A stretch of 64,000 nucleotides of DNA from Macrostomum hystrix (Eukaryota > Animalia > Platyhelminthes): assembly GCA_950097015.1 (NCBI GenBank), contig CATNEN010000031.1, forward strand, positions 2,604,001 to 2,668,000, given 5' to 3'. The position numbers and the translations under genes were made by a program. Shown one piece after another: positions 19,708 through 32,274 of this stretch (its first letter is position 1; each line of letters opens with the position of its first letter). The notes under the pieces are model-generated. The model did not search any database and was not told the DNA's origin. It was given only the letters and a program-made list of their open reading frames with translations.

Positions 19708-22700
19708 ATGTTCTCATCGATGGTCTCCGTTGCCAATGGCAACAGTGACAGCCATCGCGATGACAACAGCAACGGAAACAGCAGCAGCTGCGGTCGCCAG
19801 GATCAGAAGGCGCCAATTGCTGGCCACAGCCAGGAGCAGCAAGACGATGCAGCAGAAGAGAAGGACAAGCCGCCAGACCAGCAGCAGCAGGAGCAACTGC
19901 GAGAGACGCTTAACCAGCTGGCGGTGCAAATTCGCAGTCTCCAGGTGAGTGCTTTATCCTAAATATTATCTCCCCAGTCTCATCTCATCTCTCGCCTGTC
20001 CCATCTCTCTCCTGTCCCATTTCTCCCCTGTTTCATCTCTCTCCTGTCTCATCTCTTACCTGTCTCATCTCTTACCTGTCCCATCTCCCCTGTCTTATCT
20101 CATCTCTCCCTGTCCCATCTCTCTCCTGTCCCATTTCTCCCCTGACTCATCTCCCCTGTCTCATCTCTCCCCTGACTCATCTCCCCTGTCTCATCTCTCC
20201 CCTGACTCATCTCCCCTGTCCCATTTCTCCCCTGACTCATCTCCCCTGTCCCATTTCTCCCCTGACTCATCTCCCCTGTCCCATTTCTCCCCTTACTCAT
20301 CTCTCCTGTCCCATTTCTCCCCTGACTCATCTCCCCTGTCTTATCTCTCCCCTGACTCATCTCCCCTGTCTCATCTCTCCCCTGACTCATCTCCCCTGTC
20401 CCATTTCTCCCCTTACTCATCTCTCCTGTCCCATTTCTCCCCTGACTCATCTCCCCTGTCTTATCTCTCCCCTGACTCATCTCCCCTGTCTCATCTCTCC
20501 CCTGACTCATCTCCCCTGTCTCATCTCTCCCCTGACTCATCTCCCCTGTCCCATCTCTCCCCTGACTCATCTCCCCTGTCTCATCTCTCCCCTGACTCAT
20601 CTCCCCTGTCCCATCTCTCCCCTGACTCATCTCCCCTGTCCCATTTCTCCCCTGACTCATCTCCCCTGTCCCATCTCTCCCCTGACTCATCTCCCCTGTC
20701 CCATTTCTCCCCTTACTCATCTCTCCTGTCCCATTTCTCCCCTGACTCATCTCCCCTGTCTTATCTCTCCCCTGACTCATCTCCCCTGTCTCATCTCTCC
20801 CCTGACTCATCTCCCCTGACTCATCTCCCCTGTCCCATTTCTCCCCTTACTCATCTCTCCTGTCCCATTTCTCCCCTGACTCATCTCCCCTGTCTTATCT
20901 CTCCCCTGACTCATCTCCCCTGTCTCATCTCTCCCCTGACTCATCTCCCCTGTCTCATCTCTCCCCTGACTCATCTCCCCTGTCCCATCTCTCCCCTGAC
21001 TCATCTCCCCTGTCCCATCTCTCCCCTGACTCATCTCCCCTGTCCCATCTTTTACCTGTCCTATCTCTCCCGCCCGAGTTGAAGATATAGAGAAAAACCA
21101 GCAGAGGTTGACCCAAACCAAGGATCACAGGCCAGTTTCATATCTATGAATCGCATTCAGTTCGAATCATCATCGCGCCATTAAACTTCCAACCGTCGTT
21201 GCCAGTTAGCCGAGGCGGACAGTTTCGACGATGCCGCGCTAAAATTCGCCTTCGAGATCACCCGGATGAGCTTTCACAAGGGCGAAACTGCGGTCATCGG
21301 CCAGCTGGAGCAGGTGTTCATTCGGGAGGACTACCTCACAGTGTACACCCGCCTACTGCAGCAGTGCCAACGGCGCACCTGGCCAGGTGTAGCCACCGCT
21401 AGCCTGGTTCGCCTCAGCGACACTGTGTGGAACCTAACTCACCTGAGTGTGCGCATCTGCCAGGAGCTGGTTGGACTGGACCTCATTCGCCATGTGAGGC
21501 TAGTTTTCTAATCCGAATCTCGATTCCCAAATAAACTTCTTAATCCTTTCAACATAATTCTCTATCTTATTCCTCATCATTAATTCTTAATTCTCAATGG
21601 AATTTCTTACTCACATATTCATCCCCAAATCCCAAATCAATCCAAAATCCCTCTCCATCCCAGTTAAACCCCCTAATTCCATCTCCATCCAGTGGGATCT
21701 CCTAATCCCAACTCCACCCACTGGGATCTCCTAACCCCATCTCCACCCACTGGGATCTCCTAATCCCATCTCCACCCACTGGGATCTCCTAACCCCACCT
21801 CCACCCACTGGGATCTCCTAACCCCATCTCCACCCACTGGGATCTCCTAACCCCATCTCCACCCACTGGGATCTTCTAACCCCATCTCCACCCACTGGGA
21901 TCTCCTAATCCCATCTCCACCCACTGGGATCTCCTAATCCCATCTCCTTCCACTGGAACCTCCTAATCCCATCTCCACCCAGTGGGATCTCCTAATCCCA
22001 TCTCCTTCCACTGGAACCTCCTAATCCCATCTCCACCCACTGGAACCTCCTAATCCCATCTCCACCCACTGGAACCTCCTAATCCCATCTCCCCATTGGC
22101 GCGCAATCCAGGTACTGGGCGCCCTTAGCCACTGCGACCGGGACAGTCTGAAGGATGCCAGGGCGCGCCGGTTGTGCAACGGCCTGCTGAGCGTGCTGCA
22201 CAATGTGATCCGGGCTCTGCCTCACGCCAGGGCCTGCTACCGCATTCCCGGCTACAGTGTTGTTGACGTACTCAAACACTTCCTGTGCGACAGCCTAAAC
22301 GCCTACGTCTACACCAAGGTGCTGCTGGTGCTGAGCTTTGTAGTCACCGAGGAGGAGAACCGCTGGCTGAATGTCAGCGACGAGCACATCCGCCTGCTGA
22401 TGCGTGACCTGCGCCAGACACTGGAGGCCAGCAGCTCCGGGCCGCATTTCTGTCCCAAGCTGGGCTATCAGTGCGACGAACTATTGCAGGGCGTTGACAA
22501 CCTGTGCGGCTGCGACTTCAATAAGTCGCGCTTCGTTGCCAACGGCCTGCTGGAGCTAATTGAGGACCTGCTGGTGCGCGGCGCTCCGGACAACTCCGAG
22601 CTGCAGTTTGGCGTTGAGATTGTCTACCACCTGGCCTTCGATGACGTCTGTCGCGAGGGCATCTGCCAGAGGCGCAGCCTTGTTGATCACCTGACCAAAC

Positions 22701-25700
22701 TGGCCAACGATTGTCGGATCAAGGATGTGCGGCGCAGCGCCTGCGGCACCCTGTGGAAGCTGCACGGCCACGGACTGTGCGCTACGCCAACTAGCACCCG
22801 GGCCATGCCTCTGTTCTCATTGGCTGAGCGGAGCCCGAATCCGGTGGTGTCCGCCGGACACGTCATGCTGTCCTATCAGCACGCCAGCCAGGACACAGTC
22901 CTGCTGATTAGAAAGCGGTTGCAGATGGAGGGCTACGAGGTAGGTTGCTTCTCTGTCAGAGGAATCCGATCCCGCTCCGCCTGTCCTGTACAGTATTCTG
23001 ATCCCGCTCCGCCTGTCCTGTACAGTATTCTGATCCCGCTCCGCCTGTCCTGTACAGTATTCTGATCCCGCTCCGCCTGTCCTGTACAGTATTCTGATCC
23101 CGCTCCGCCTGTCCTGTACAGTATTCTGATCCCGCTCCGCCTGTCCTGTACAGTATTCTGATCCCGCTCCGCCTGTCCTGTACAGTATTCTGATCCCGCT
23201 CCGCCTGTCCTGTACAGTATTCTGATCCCGCTCCGCCTGTCCTGTACAGTATTCTGATCCCGCTCCGCCTGTCCTGTACAGTATTCTGATCCCGCTCCGC
23301 CTGTCCTGTACAGTATTCTGATCCCGCTCCGCCTGTCTTGTACAGTTTTCTGATCCCGCTCCGCCTGTCCTGCAGAGGATTCTGATCCCACCGAGGAGGA
23401 TTCTGATCCCACCGAAGAGGATTCTGATCCTACCGATAAGTTTTCCGATCCCACCGATGATGATTCTGATCCGACCGAGGAGGATTCCGATCCCACCGAT
23501 GATGATTCTGATCCGACCGAGGAGGATTCCGATCCCACCGATGAGGATTCTGATCCGACCGAGGAGGATTCTGATCCCGCCGAGGGGGATTCTGATCCCA
23601 TAATGGCCTTTCCTATAGAAAGGATTCTGATCCCACCTATCTACTCCTGCAAAATAATCTGATAGCGATAGCGCACTCAGTAATATCTGCACTTACTGTT
23701 CTTTGCCTCTCCCCAGGTGTGGCTAGACATTGAGAACATGAGCCAGAGTATTGTGTCCAAGATGGCCGAGGCTGTTGAGAACTCAGCCGTCATCCTGATG
23801 TGCATGAGCCAGAGCTACAAGAACAGTCCGCACTGCCGGCACGAGGCCGACTATGCCTACAAGCTGCAGAAGCCCATTGTGCCCCTGGTGATGGAGCCCA
23901 AGTACCAGCCAGACGGCTGGCTTGGCCTGCTCATGGGCTCCAAGATGTTCTACGACTTCTCAGACGAGGATCAATTTGAGCAGAGCTTCACTAATCTGCT
24001 CAAAGAGCTCGGCGGACGCGGCAAAGCGCGCCAGATTGACGCCTCCGGCTTGGCGATGAGCGGCGTCGGGGGCGTCGGCAACCTCCAGCCGTTGCAGCAC
24101 TCGATGCGTGTCCATGCCGAGGGCAGCCGCGAGGGCACGCCGTGTGGCTCAGAGGGTCGGCTCTATGCCAAGCATCGCAGCCAGCACACCGCCTCGTTCC
24201 TGGCCTGGACAGCGGCTGATGTGGCTAACTGGCTAGCTGAGAACCAGCTGTCCGAGTACTTTGCTCAGTAAGTCAATAATTCTGGTTAGCCCCATGAATA
24301 CAGTACCGTCACAAGCGGCGTTTTATACTCCTTTCAAACGCCTCATTTATGACTCATCTGACCGTCTAACGACTCAAACACAATTTTTAACGACTCAAAC
24401 GCCTCTATCAACTCAAACGCCTCTCTATCAACTCAAATGCTCCTCTATCAACTCAAACGCCTCTCTATCAACTCAAATGTCCTCTATCAACTCAAACGCC
24501 TCTCTATCAACTCAAACGCCTCTCTATCAACTCAAACGCTCCTTTATCAACTCAAATGCTCCTCTATCAACTCAAACGCCTCTCTATCAACTCAAACGCT
24601 CCTTTATCAACTCAAATGCTCCTCTATCAACTCAAACGCCTCTCTATCAACTCAAACGCCTCTCTATCAACTCAAACGCTCCTTTATCAACTCAAATGCT
24701 CCTCTATCAACTCAAACGCCTCTCTATCAACTCAAATGTCCTCTATCAACTCAAACGCCTCTCTATCAACTCAAACGCCTCTCTATCAACTCAAATGCTT
24801 CTCTATCAACTCAAATGCTCCTCTATCAACTCAAATGCTCCTCTATCAACTCAAACGCCTCTCTATCAACTCAAATGCTTCTCTATCAACTCAAATGCTT
24901 CTCTATCAACTCAAATGCTCCTCTATCAACTCAAATGCTCCTCTATCAACTCAAACGCCTCTCTATCAACTCAAATGCTTCTCTATCAACTCAAATGCTT
25001 CTCTATCAACTCAAACGCTCCTCTATCAACTCAAACGCCTCTCTATCAACTCAAATGCTCCTCTATCAACTCAAACGCTCCTCTATCAACTCAAATGCTC
25101 CTCTATCAACTCAAACGCTCCTCTATCAACTCAAACGCTCCTCTATCAACTCAAACGCTTCTCTATCAACTCAAACGCTCCTCTATCAACTCAAATGCCT
25201 CTCTATCAACTCAAACGCTCCTCTATCAACTCAAATGCTTCTCTATCAACTCAAACGCTCCTCTATCAACTCAAATGCTCCTCTATCAACTCAAATGCTC
25301 CTCTATCAACTCAAACGCCTCTCTATCAACTCAAATGCTTCTCTATCAACTCAAATGCTTCTCTATCAACTCAAATGCTCCTCTATCAACTCAAATGCTC
25401 CTCTATCAACTCAAACGCCTCTCTATCAACTCAAATGCTTCTCTATCAACTCAAATGCTTCTCTATCAACTCAAACGCTCCTCTATCAACTCAAACGCCT
25501 CTCTATCAACTCAAATGCTCCTCTATCAACTCAAACGCTCCTCTATCAACTCAAATGCTCCTCTATCAACTCAAACGCTCCTCTATCAACTCAAACGCTC
25601 CTCTATCAACTCAAACGCTTCTCTATCAACTCAAACGCTCCTCTATCAACTCAAATGCCTCTCTATCAACTCAAACGCTCCTCTATCAACTCAAATGCTT

Positions 25701-26493
25701 CTCTATCAACTCAAACGCTCCTCTATCAACTCAAATGCTCCTCTATCAACTCAAATGCTCCTCTATCAACTCAAACGCCTCTCTATCAACTCAAATGCTT
25801 CTCTATCAACTCAAATGCTTCTCTATCAACTCAAACGCTCCTCTATCAACTCAAACGCCTCTCTATCAACTCAAATGCTCCTCTATCAACTCAAACGCTC
25901 CTCTATCAACTCAAATGCTCCTCTATCAACTCAAACGCTCCTCTATCAACTCAAACGCTCCTCTATCAACTCAAACGCTTCTCTATCAACTCAAACGCTC
26001 CTCTATCAACTCAAATGCTTCTCTATCAACTCAAACGCTCCTCTATCAACTCAAACGCTCCTCTATCAACTCAAACGCTCCTCTATCAACTCAAACGCTC
26101 CTCTATCAACTCAAACGCTCCTCTATCAACTGAAACGCCTATCTGTCAATTCAAATGTCTCTCTATTAAGTCGAAGGCCTCTCAAACAGCTAACCGAGAG
26201 GTCTGGAGTTCGAATCCCACAGTTCGCTATATCCAATAGTACAATAGCCTATATGGAATAGCCATGCAGCAGTAAATCTTGCCCAACTAAGCTTAGGTGT
26301 ATAATTTATAATTCTCCTCTCCGTAACCCGCAGCTTCGCTGACGTCAGCGGCGAGCTGCTGTTCGAGCTGCACCACATGCAGGCGCACGCGCCCGAAGCT
26401 TTCTACGCCAGTCTGCGAAAACAGCTGGGCATGCGGCTGGCCGACATGCTGCGCATGAGTCGCGCCCTGCACCGGCTATCAGCGTCTACTTAG
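19708..26493 (+). CDS. ARM-like / TIR / SAM domain protein (~687 aa); exons 19708-19944, 21206-21493, 22112-22939, 23717-24267, 26334-26493
   Basis: All four introns are GT..AG with consistent phases (0,0,0,2). Helical ARM-like region (VWNLTHLS.., LLSVLHN.., SACGTLWKL). TIR_2-type domain HVMLSYQH..VWLDIENM..AVENSAVILMCMSQSYKNSPHCRHEADYA. C-terminal SAM-like WTAADVANWL..FADVSGELLFEL. Confidence 0.88.
19965..21062. repeat. ~20-bp pyrimidine-rich minisatellite (CCCTGACTCATCTCCCCTGT-type) in intron 1 of the TIR gene
   Basis: Direct reading. Confidence 0.93.
21680..22095. repeat. 29-bp minisatellite (GGGATCTCCTAACCCCATCTCCACCCACT)n in intron 2
   Basis: Direct reading. Confidence 0.93.
22965..23600. 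repeat. 32-bp (TCTGATCCCGCTCCGCCTGTCCTGTACAGTAT)n merging into a 21-bp (GATTCTGATCCCACCGAGGAG)n array, intron 3
   Basis: Direct reading; the switch is at ~23376. Confidence 0.93.
24385..26150. repeat. 20-bp minisatellite (CTCTATCAACTCAAACGCTC)n in intron 4
   Basis: Direct reading; explains three long repeat ORFs. Confidence 0.96.
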
Positions 26494-27019
26494 AGTAGTA
26501 GAGCACGACTTCGTGCGATATTGTGTAAAAATTAAAAGATGTGAAGATATTTTCGTAGGTCCATTCGAGCATAGAAGGGCTTTAGGCTTGATTTTGTAGC
26601 TTTGTAGTCTGGTTGTTCGTATTTTATGTAGATATTAAATCTCCATTTTTTGCTGCAGTTTATTGAATTAAAATCCCCGTGCTATTTTCGCATATTTTTT
26701 GGTTTTTACAAAGCTGTATTGCTGGTGCAATGCTAGAGCCACAGTCTCTTCTCCACACTAAACTTTATCACGTGATCTCCTTGCACAGCCTTCGGCATAG
26801 CGGTTTCGATTTCAATGTGCACTGTGCATGCCTTTTCCGGCCACTGCCTTTACTTTGCAATTCACCCTGGCCTGTTTCTAGCTTTCAAAATTCTATTTGA
26901 ATTTGCTTGTATTTGCTTTGCTTTAGCTGGCGGCTGCAACTGCATTGTGTGTGTGTGTGTGTGTGTGTGATTTGGAGCCGATCTGAACTCCCGGAAATGG
27001 GAAATCTGATACTAAAGGA

Positions 27020-27480
27020 AATCCCGTGAATAGTATATACAGTAGTTTAGGGAAATCCCGTGAATAGTATTTTTTAGTAGTTTAGGGGAATCCCATGAAT
27101 AGTCATTTTATTAGTTTAGGGGAATCCCGTGAATAGTCATTTTAGTAGTTTAGGGGAATCCCATGAATAGTCATTTTATTAGTTTAGGGGAATCCCGTGA
27201 ATAGTCATTTTAGTAGTTTAGGGGAATCCCGTGAATAGTCATTTTAGTAGTTTAGGGGAATCCCATGAATAGTCATTTTAGTAGTTTAGGGGAATCCCGT
27301 GAATAGTCTTTTTAGTAGTTTAGGGGAATCCCAGGAATAGTCTTTTTAGTAGTTTAGGGGAATCCCATGAATAGTCTTTTTAGTAGTTTAGGGGAATCCC
27401 ATGAATAGTCTTTTTAGTAGTTTAGGGGAATCCCGTGAATAGTATATCCAGTAGTTTAGGGGATACCTGTGAATAGTACA
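27020..27480. repeat. 34-bp minisatellite (GGGGAATCCCATGAATAGTCATTTTAGTAGTTTA)n
   Basis: Direct reading. Confidence 0.93.
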
Positions 27481-28314
27481 TCCAATAGTTTAGCGAAATG
27501 GCATGTCAAATATTTTCGGGAATCCCAGGAATCGGCAGTTCTTTTAGTTTTGGGGAATGTCGTAAATGTGATAGTTAATTGCAGACTCCATCCGATTTTT
27601 CGGCCGCTGCTGCTTTTTTTGTTAGACTTTTGTTTTTGCTGGCACAAAACCTTTTAGGCCATTTTGACACTATAATATAGGTGGTGTAGCTGCTTGCCTT
27701 GTAATTATGTGTAGCTTGTACACATTGCTGCCTAAATATTTGCTAAATATACAATCGCCGATGTTGGTATCGAATTGTCTTGATTAAGAATTTCTTGGTT
27801 AATAATTTAAGTGAAAATATTTCTTTCTTAACTTTATTTCCTGTTGGCGGTACATTGTGCTTATGCAGGATCAAGGTTCCATTGCTCATAAGGATGTTGT
27901 AGGGGATTTCGTTCGTAGTTTTCAGCTTCGCACGGGTCAACTTGAATTATCTAGATCAGGATCGTGATCCCTTAGGGTTAGAACTGGGATTGGAATCCCT
28001 TAGGGTAAGAATTGGGATTGGAATCCCATAGGATTAGAATGGGATTGAAGTTAGAATCTCGATGCCTATAAATTGATTTAGAATCATGTTGTCTACGGAT
28101 AGATTTAGGATTGGGATTTTTGGGAGCGAGCATGAAATGCCGATATTCGGGATAGTTTAAATGATAAAAAACTATTCTACTTTATACTGTAATCTTTGAG
28201 CACCTTTTCAAAGGTATTTCGTGACATGCCAGGGTAAGCAAATTTTGCTACGAGTATATTATCGCACGCGATGACCCCTTAGTGTAAAGCACCAGACGCA
28301 TGCGTAGACCATGA

Positions 28315-30898
28315 TCAGTCGGCCGATCGCCACAGGCGCCGCAAATCCCGCTTCAACAGTCGATAATCCGTGTCGCTGAGCAGCAGCAGTTCGCCCGTGT
28401 CCGGGCAGACCTCGTACTGGCCGATTGCCGCATCGCTTCCGCTGCTCCGCGCCTCGTCGACTCGAACCACGCGCGGCCTGGCGTAGCAGGGCAGTCTGGA
28501 CTCGAAGGCTTGGCGAATTCTTGCACCCAGCTGGCGCCGGCAGGACTCGTTGAGGAAGTCGGCGGCGCTGCTCCCGGAAGCTGCCTCTTCTGGGAAGCCG
28601 ATGGCGCCTCGGCTGCACACCGTGTAGGCGACCTCGCCGGCCGCCAGGTGGCCCTCGTCCTCGGGCTGGGCGGCGATGCAGGACAGCCGGCAGCGGGACT
28701 GGCACTCAGGCAACAGGCCGGACAGGATGGACCTCAGCTGCGATGTGGCAGATCGATGGGGCGGTGCTGGTGTGGGATGCGGTGTCTGGGGGTTCGACTG
28801 ACAGCGGTCTGACGCGTTTGCCTCTCGCGCCAAGGCGCCTGAGCTCGATTTCACGGCGAGGCCACGTTCACTTGGGTTGGGGCGCAGCCGCGAAGAGAAG
28901 GCTTGGGGGCTTCTCGTGCAATTGTCGGGCCAACCTCCAAGGCACCGTGAGAGTGCACACTGCCTGACGATGAGAAAGTCAGGGCAGATGTACACACCTG
29001 TGAACGGTATCTGTGTCGGGAGTCAGCGAAATGGGCAGAATTGCCTCCTCGCTGGCTGTAGGTGTAGTGTATCACCAAATGATAGGCCATTGCCGCAGCC
29101 CTCATGCAATTATTTTTATAATTATTACGGTATCTTAGGTTCCCTGTTGCCTAGGGATGGCAGGACCAAGGGGTGAACGGCAATGCCATCGAGGCTCATC
29201 CTTCTCACCTCTATATGAGCTGCGCTGTCTCCCGGCCTCCAATAGCTGCTCTGGTGTACTGGAGGCGCCATTAGCTCCGTGAGGCTGCCCTGCCGTCCCA
29301 CAATGAGCGGCGCCCCCAGCCAGTGCCTCCAGGCGTCACCTGGTTGAAACACGCCGGTCAGTCGGTTGGGCAGCTCAATCGCTGCGGCCTTGGCAGCCGG
29401 AGAGTCTTCGCTGGCAAACAGCGGCAAGGCGATGTCGCCGGGCCGAGCCTGGCGCCCCCAGACCGGCAGGCCGGTTTCCGCCGACACCCGCAGCAGCCGC
29501 AGCGGCGCCCAGCCGGGTAGCCACATCGGCTGGAAGCCGACTGACACCTGGCCGCCTTCGTCGCCTTCGCTAAGCAGATTGTCGCTGGCCATGAAACCCG
29601 GCGCGCCTGCGCAGGCTCCGCCGAGTTCAACCAGCTCTTCGAGGTTGAAGCGCTCGGCTGTCAGCAGCCGGCGGCAGTCGGCGGACAGGCCGCGGCCCAG
29701 CAGGCGAGTTGTCGAATGCAGACGATCGGTTGGCCGTTTCGGACGGCGGGTGAACTCGGCAGCGAGGAAGCCGTCGTAGAGACCCGCTGTGCAGCCGTAC
29801 CTGTCAACCGTGTTTGCGCGCAGCCTGCTCAGTTGATTCTGCTGCGAGTACTAATCGTAAGTTATCTGCGCCACTACTCTATCGAGTGTGGGTTGTGTCT
29901 GTGCATTTGTGCTCAAGCTTTTGGCAGTCTCACCTGGCGCAGTCTGTCCAGTAGCCAATCGGGGAGCAGTCGCTGCGCAGCACGCAGGTGGCGCCTTCGG
30001 TGATAGTGAGGCCGATGCCGGCAGCTGAGGCCAGAGCCGTGTGCATCGGCTGGCAGATGTACAGGACATCCTGCCGGCCCAGCTCCAGCAGCAGGCGCGG
30101 CAGGGCCGCCAGCTGCAGATAATCGGCGTGCGTCAACTGCAGCCGGCGGCCAGCCTCTGACACAGTCAGTAGCGGCGCGCCCAGAGGTTGTCGCGCGGTC
30201 AGCTGAGTCGGCGGTGTCGGCGTCTCGGTTTGTGCGGCGAGCAGCTCCGCTTCCAGTCGGAGGGCGCCGGGCAAGCGTGGCAGCTGGCCCGGCTCGCCGT
30301 GGCTGCTCAGCAGCAAACTGAGATGTCGCAGCAGCGGTAAAGCGGACAGAAGCGCGAGCTCCGCTTCAGCCTCGTAGACGAGAGCTGACAATCGACGCAG
30401 TCGTCGCCGGCGAAGACAGACATCGGCGTCCACGTCACCCGGATCTTCGGCATCGATCAGAACAGCGGAGCAGCCGGCCTTGGCGGCTGCGAGCCACAGG
30501 GCGGTGTGCAGAGGCGACGGTCGAATGGCCACGCCGACAGCCGCTCCGGCGGGCAGCCTGCTGGCAAAGAACTCGGCCAGCCGGGTCACCAGGTCAGCCA
30601 CCAGGCTGAAGGTCCAAACTTCGTCATCGGCCACAAAGCAGGCCTTCTCTGGCAGCGTTGCCACCGTTGACTCAAAAGTAGCCACAATGTCGACAGGCGG
30701 CTGGGTTCTTCTCGGCCTACTGAATCCGGCCAGGTAGTAGAACGCGTCTCGTTGGAAGGTTGCGCCCAGGTCCAACAGCCAGCGACGCCAGTGCACGATC
30801 AGCAGCAGAATAGGCGCGATTATCAGTGCCGGCAGTAGGACTGAGGACATGTGCGCGCCGAGGAGGCCATTGATAGCCTCCTCTGCCCAGGCCGACAT
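28315..30898 (-). CDS. Highly divergent FATP/SLC27 (very-long-chain acyl-CoA synthetase)-like protein, ~659 aa; exons 30898-29934, 29800-29209, 28737-28315
   Basis: N-terminal membrane anchor; PEKACFVADDEVWTF; LWLAAAKAGCSAVLI; DVLYICQPMH; YWTDCARYGCT; VFQPGDAW; LPCYARPRVVR. All are colinear with FATP. Splice phases (2,0) give an intact frame. Confidence 0.8.
28860..29127 (+). other. Dispersed structured element, copy 2, antisense within intron 2 of the FATP-like gene
   Basis: Matches 16235-16499 in conserved blocks. Confidence 0.75.
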
Positions 30899-32274
30899 GT
30901 CTATTCAGAAATCGCTTCTTGCCGGCTCTGAGACTGCCTCTACTGGACTGACTCGAGATGAGTCTGAACTGCTTTTCTGCTTCCTTTAAAAATGTTCAGG
31001 ATTATTAAGCATGCCTCTCAGAGAGGTTTTAGCTGACACATCTCTCTCCGCAGAAACTGTACGACCTCTCTCCTTTTCTCTCTCTCCCTCTCTTATGTTT
31101 AGGTGCTTCCATTGTACTCAGCCTACAGGTATGCGTGCGTACACACAATTGTTCATTTTTCTGTTTTTCTCGCTGTGTTTTAATGTATCGTACTCATCGT
31201 GCCCATTCAATTTAGTGTTCATGTGCATTGTGCAGTATGAAAGATGTGCATAATTTGACTTATAGTTTCAGGGCGGTCAGATGACGCCTGGGGGAATCGA
31301 ACTGCACCAATTCCACTAATCCCTAGTGGGTCTAGTGCCCCAGCAAGGTCTCGGTAGTCCAATAGAACTGTTCGATTCCCAGGAAGACGGCGTGACCCAG
31401 GAAACTAGGTGGATTTGCATAACACAATGAGAACACAGCTGTTTGGCATGGTAATTAGGAACTGAACTGAACTGCTATGTGTATGTCGTTTACACGTAAT
31501 TCTGAAAGCCCGTATGCGTAAGATAGTATTTTTTAGGAAATATATTTTTTCTCGAGAACATCGCATTGAATACAGGTTATCAAATCAAATTCTACTCTAT
31601 GCAATTGTCAAATTGCTATAGCATTTTCATCGTTGCCTATAGGCTATAATGCGTTCAAGGGATTCATATCTGATCTGTGAAGTTTAAGGTGTGTCTATTT
31701 TTATGATAAATGTAGTAATACAAAGTTATGCTTTTTTTCTACATTAATCATAAACATGATCCCACTTCAAATATAAAGCTAAAAGACAACGGCTATATAA
31801 AACTGAAGGATTGTATCCATGCGAATCGCCAAAATTAGTGCATCCCAGATTTCCTGTTCCTTTTTTTCAATTGCTGAAGCATTAAGATAAAAATAAACAA
31901 TTAGATTGCTCCCATAGCGCCAGGGTTTGAGGTTTTTCTTAAATATTTACACAGTTTTGTTTCTTCAGCTAAAAAACTAATTTCATATTTGTATTTGTTA
32001 ACTTGCTTATGCAACGCAAATTTGAAAGTCAAGTATGAATGTGTACTTTTCTTAGAAAACTTTAACTTTTGAAAGCTCAATCACGACCAATTGCTTGTAT
32101 TTATCACCAGTTAATCTCCTTTTCTAAAGTATACAGTAAGATAACTGTTCTCGCTCAAAGAGGAGGCATTTTTGGTGTGACAAGGAGATGAGTTGTTATT
32201 GCTTGTTGTAGCTTTCCAGCATTGGTGTTGTTGGCGTTAGTTAGGAAAGCTAGGCCTATAAATCAAGTAGTTAG

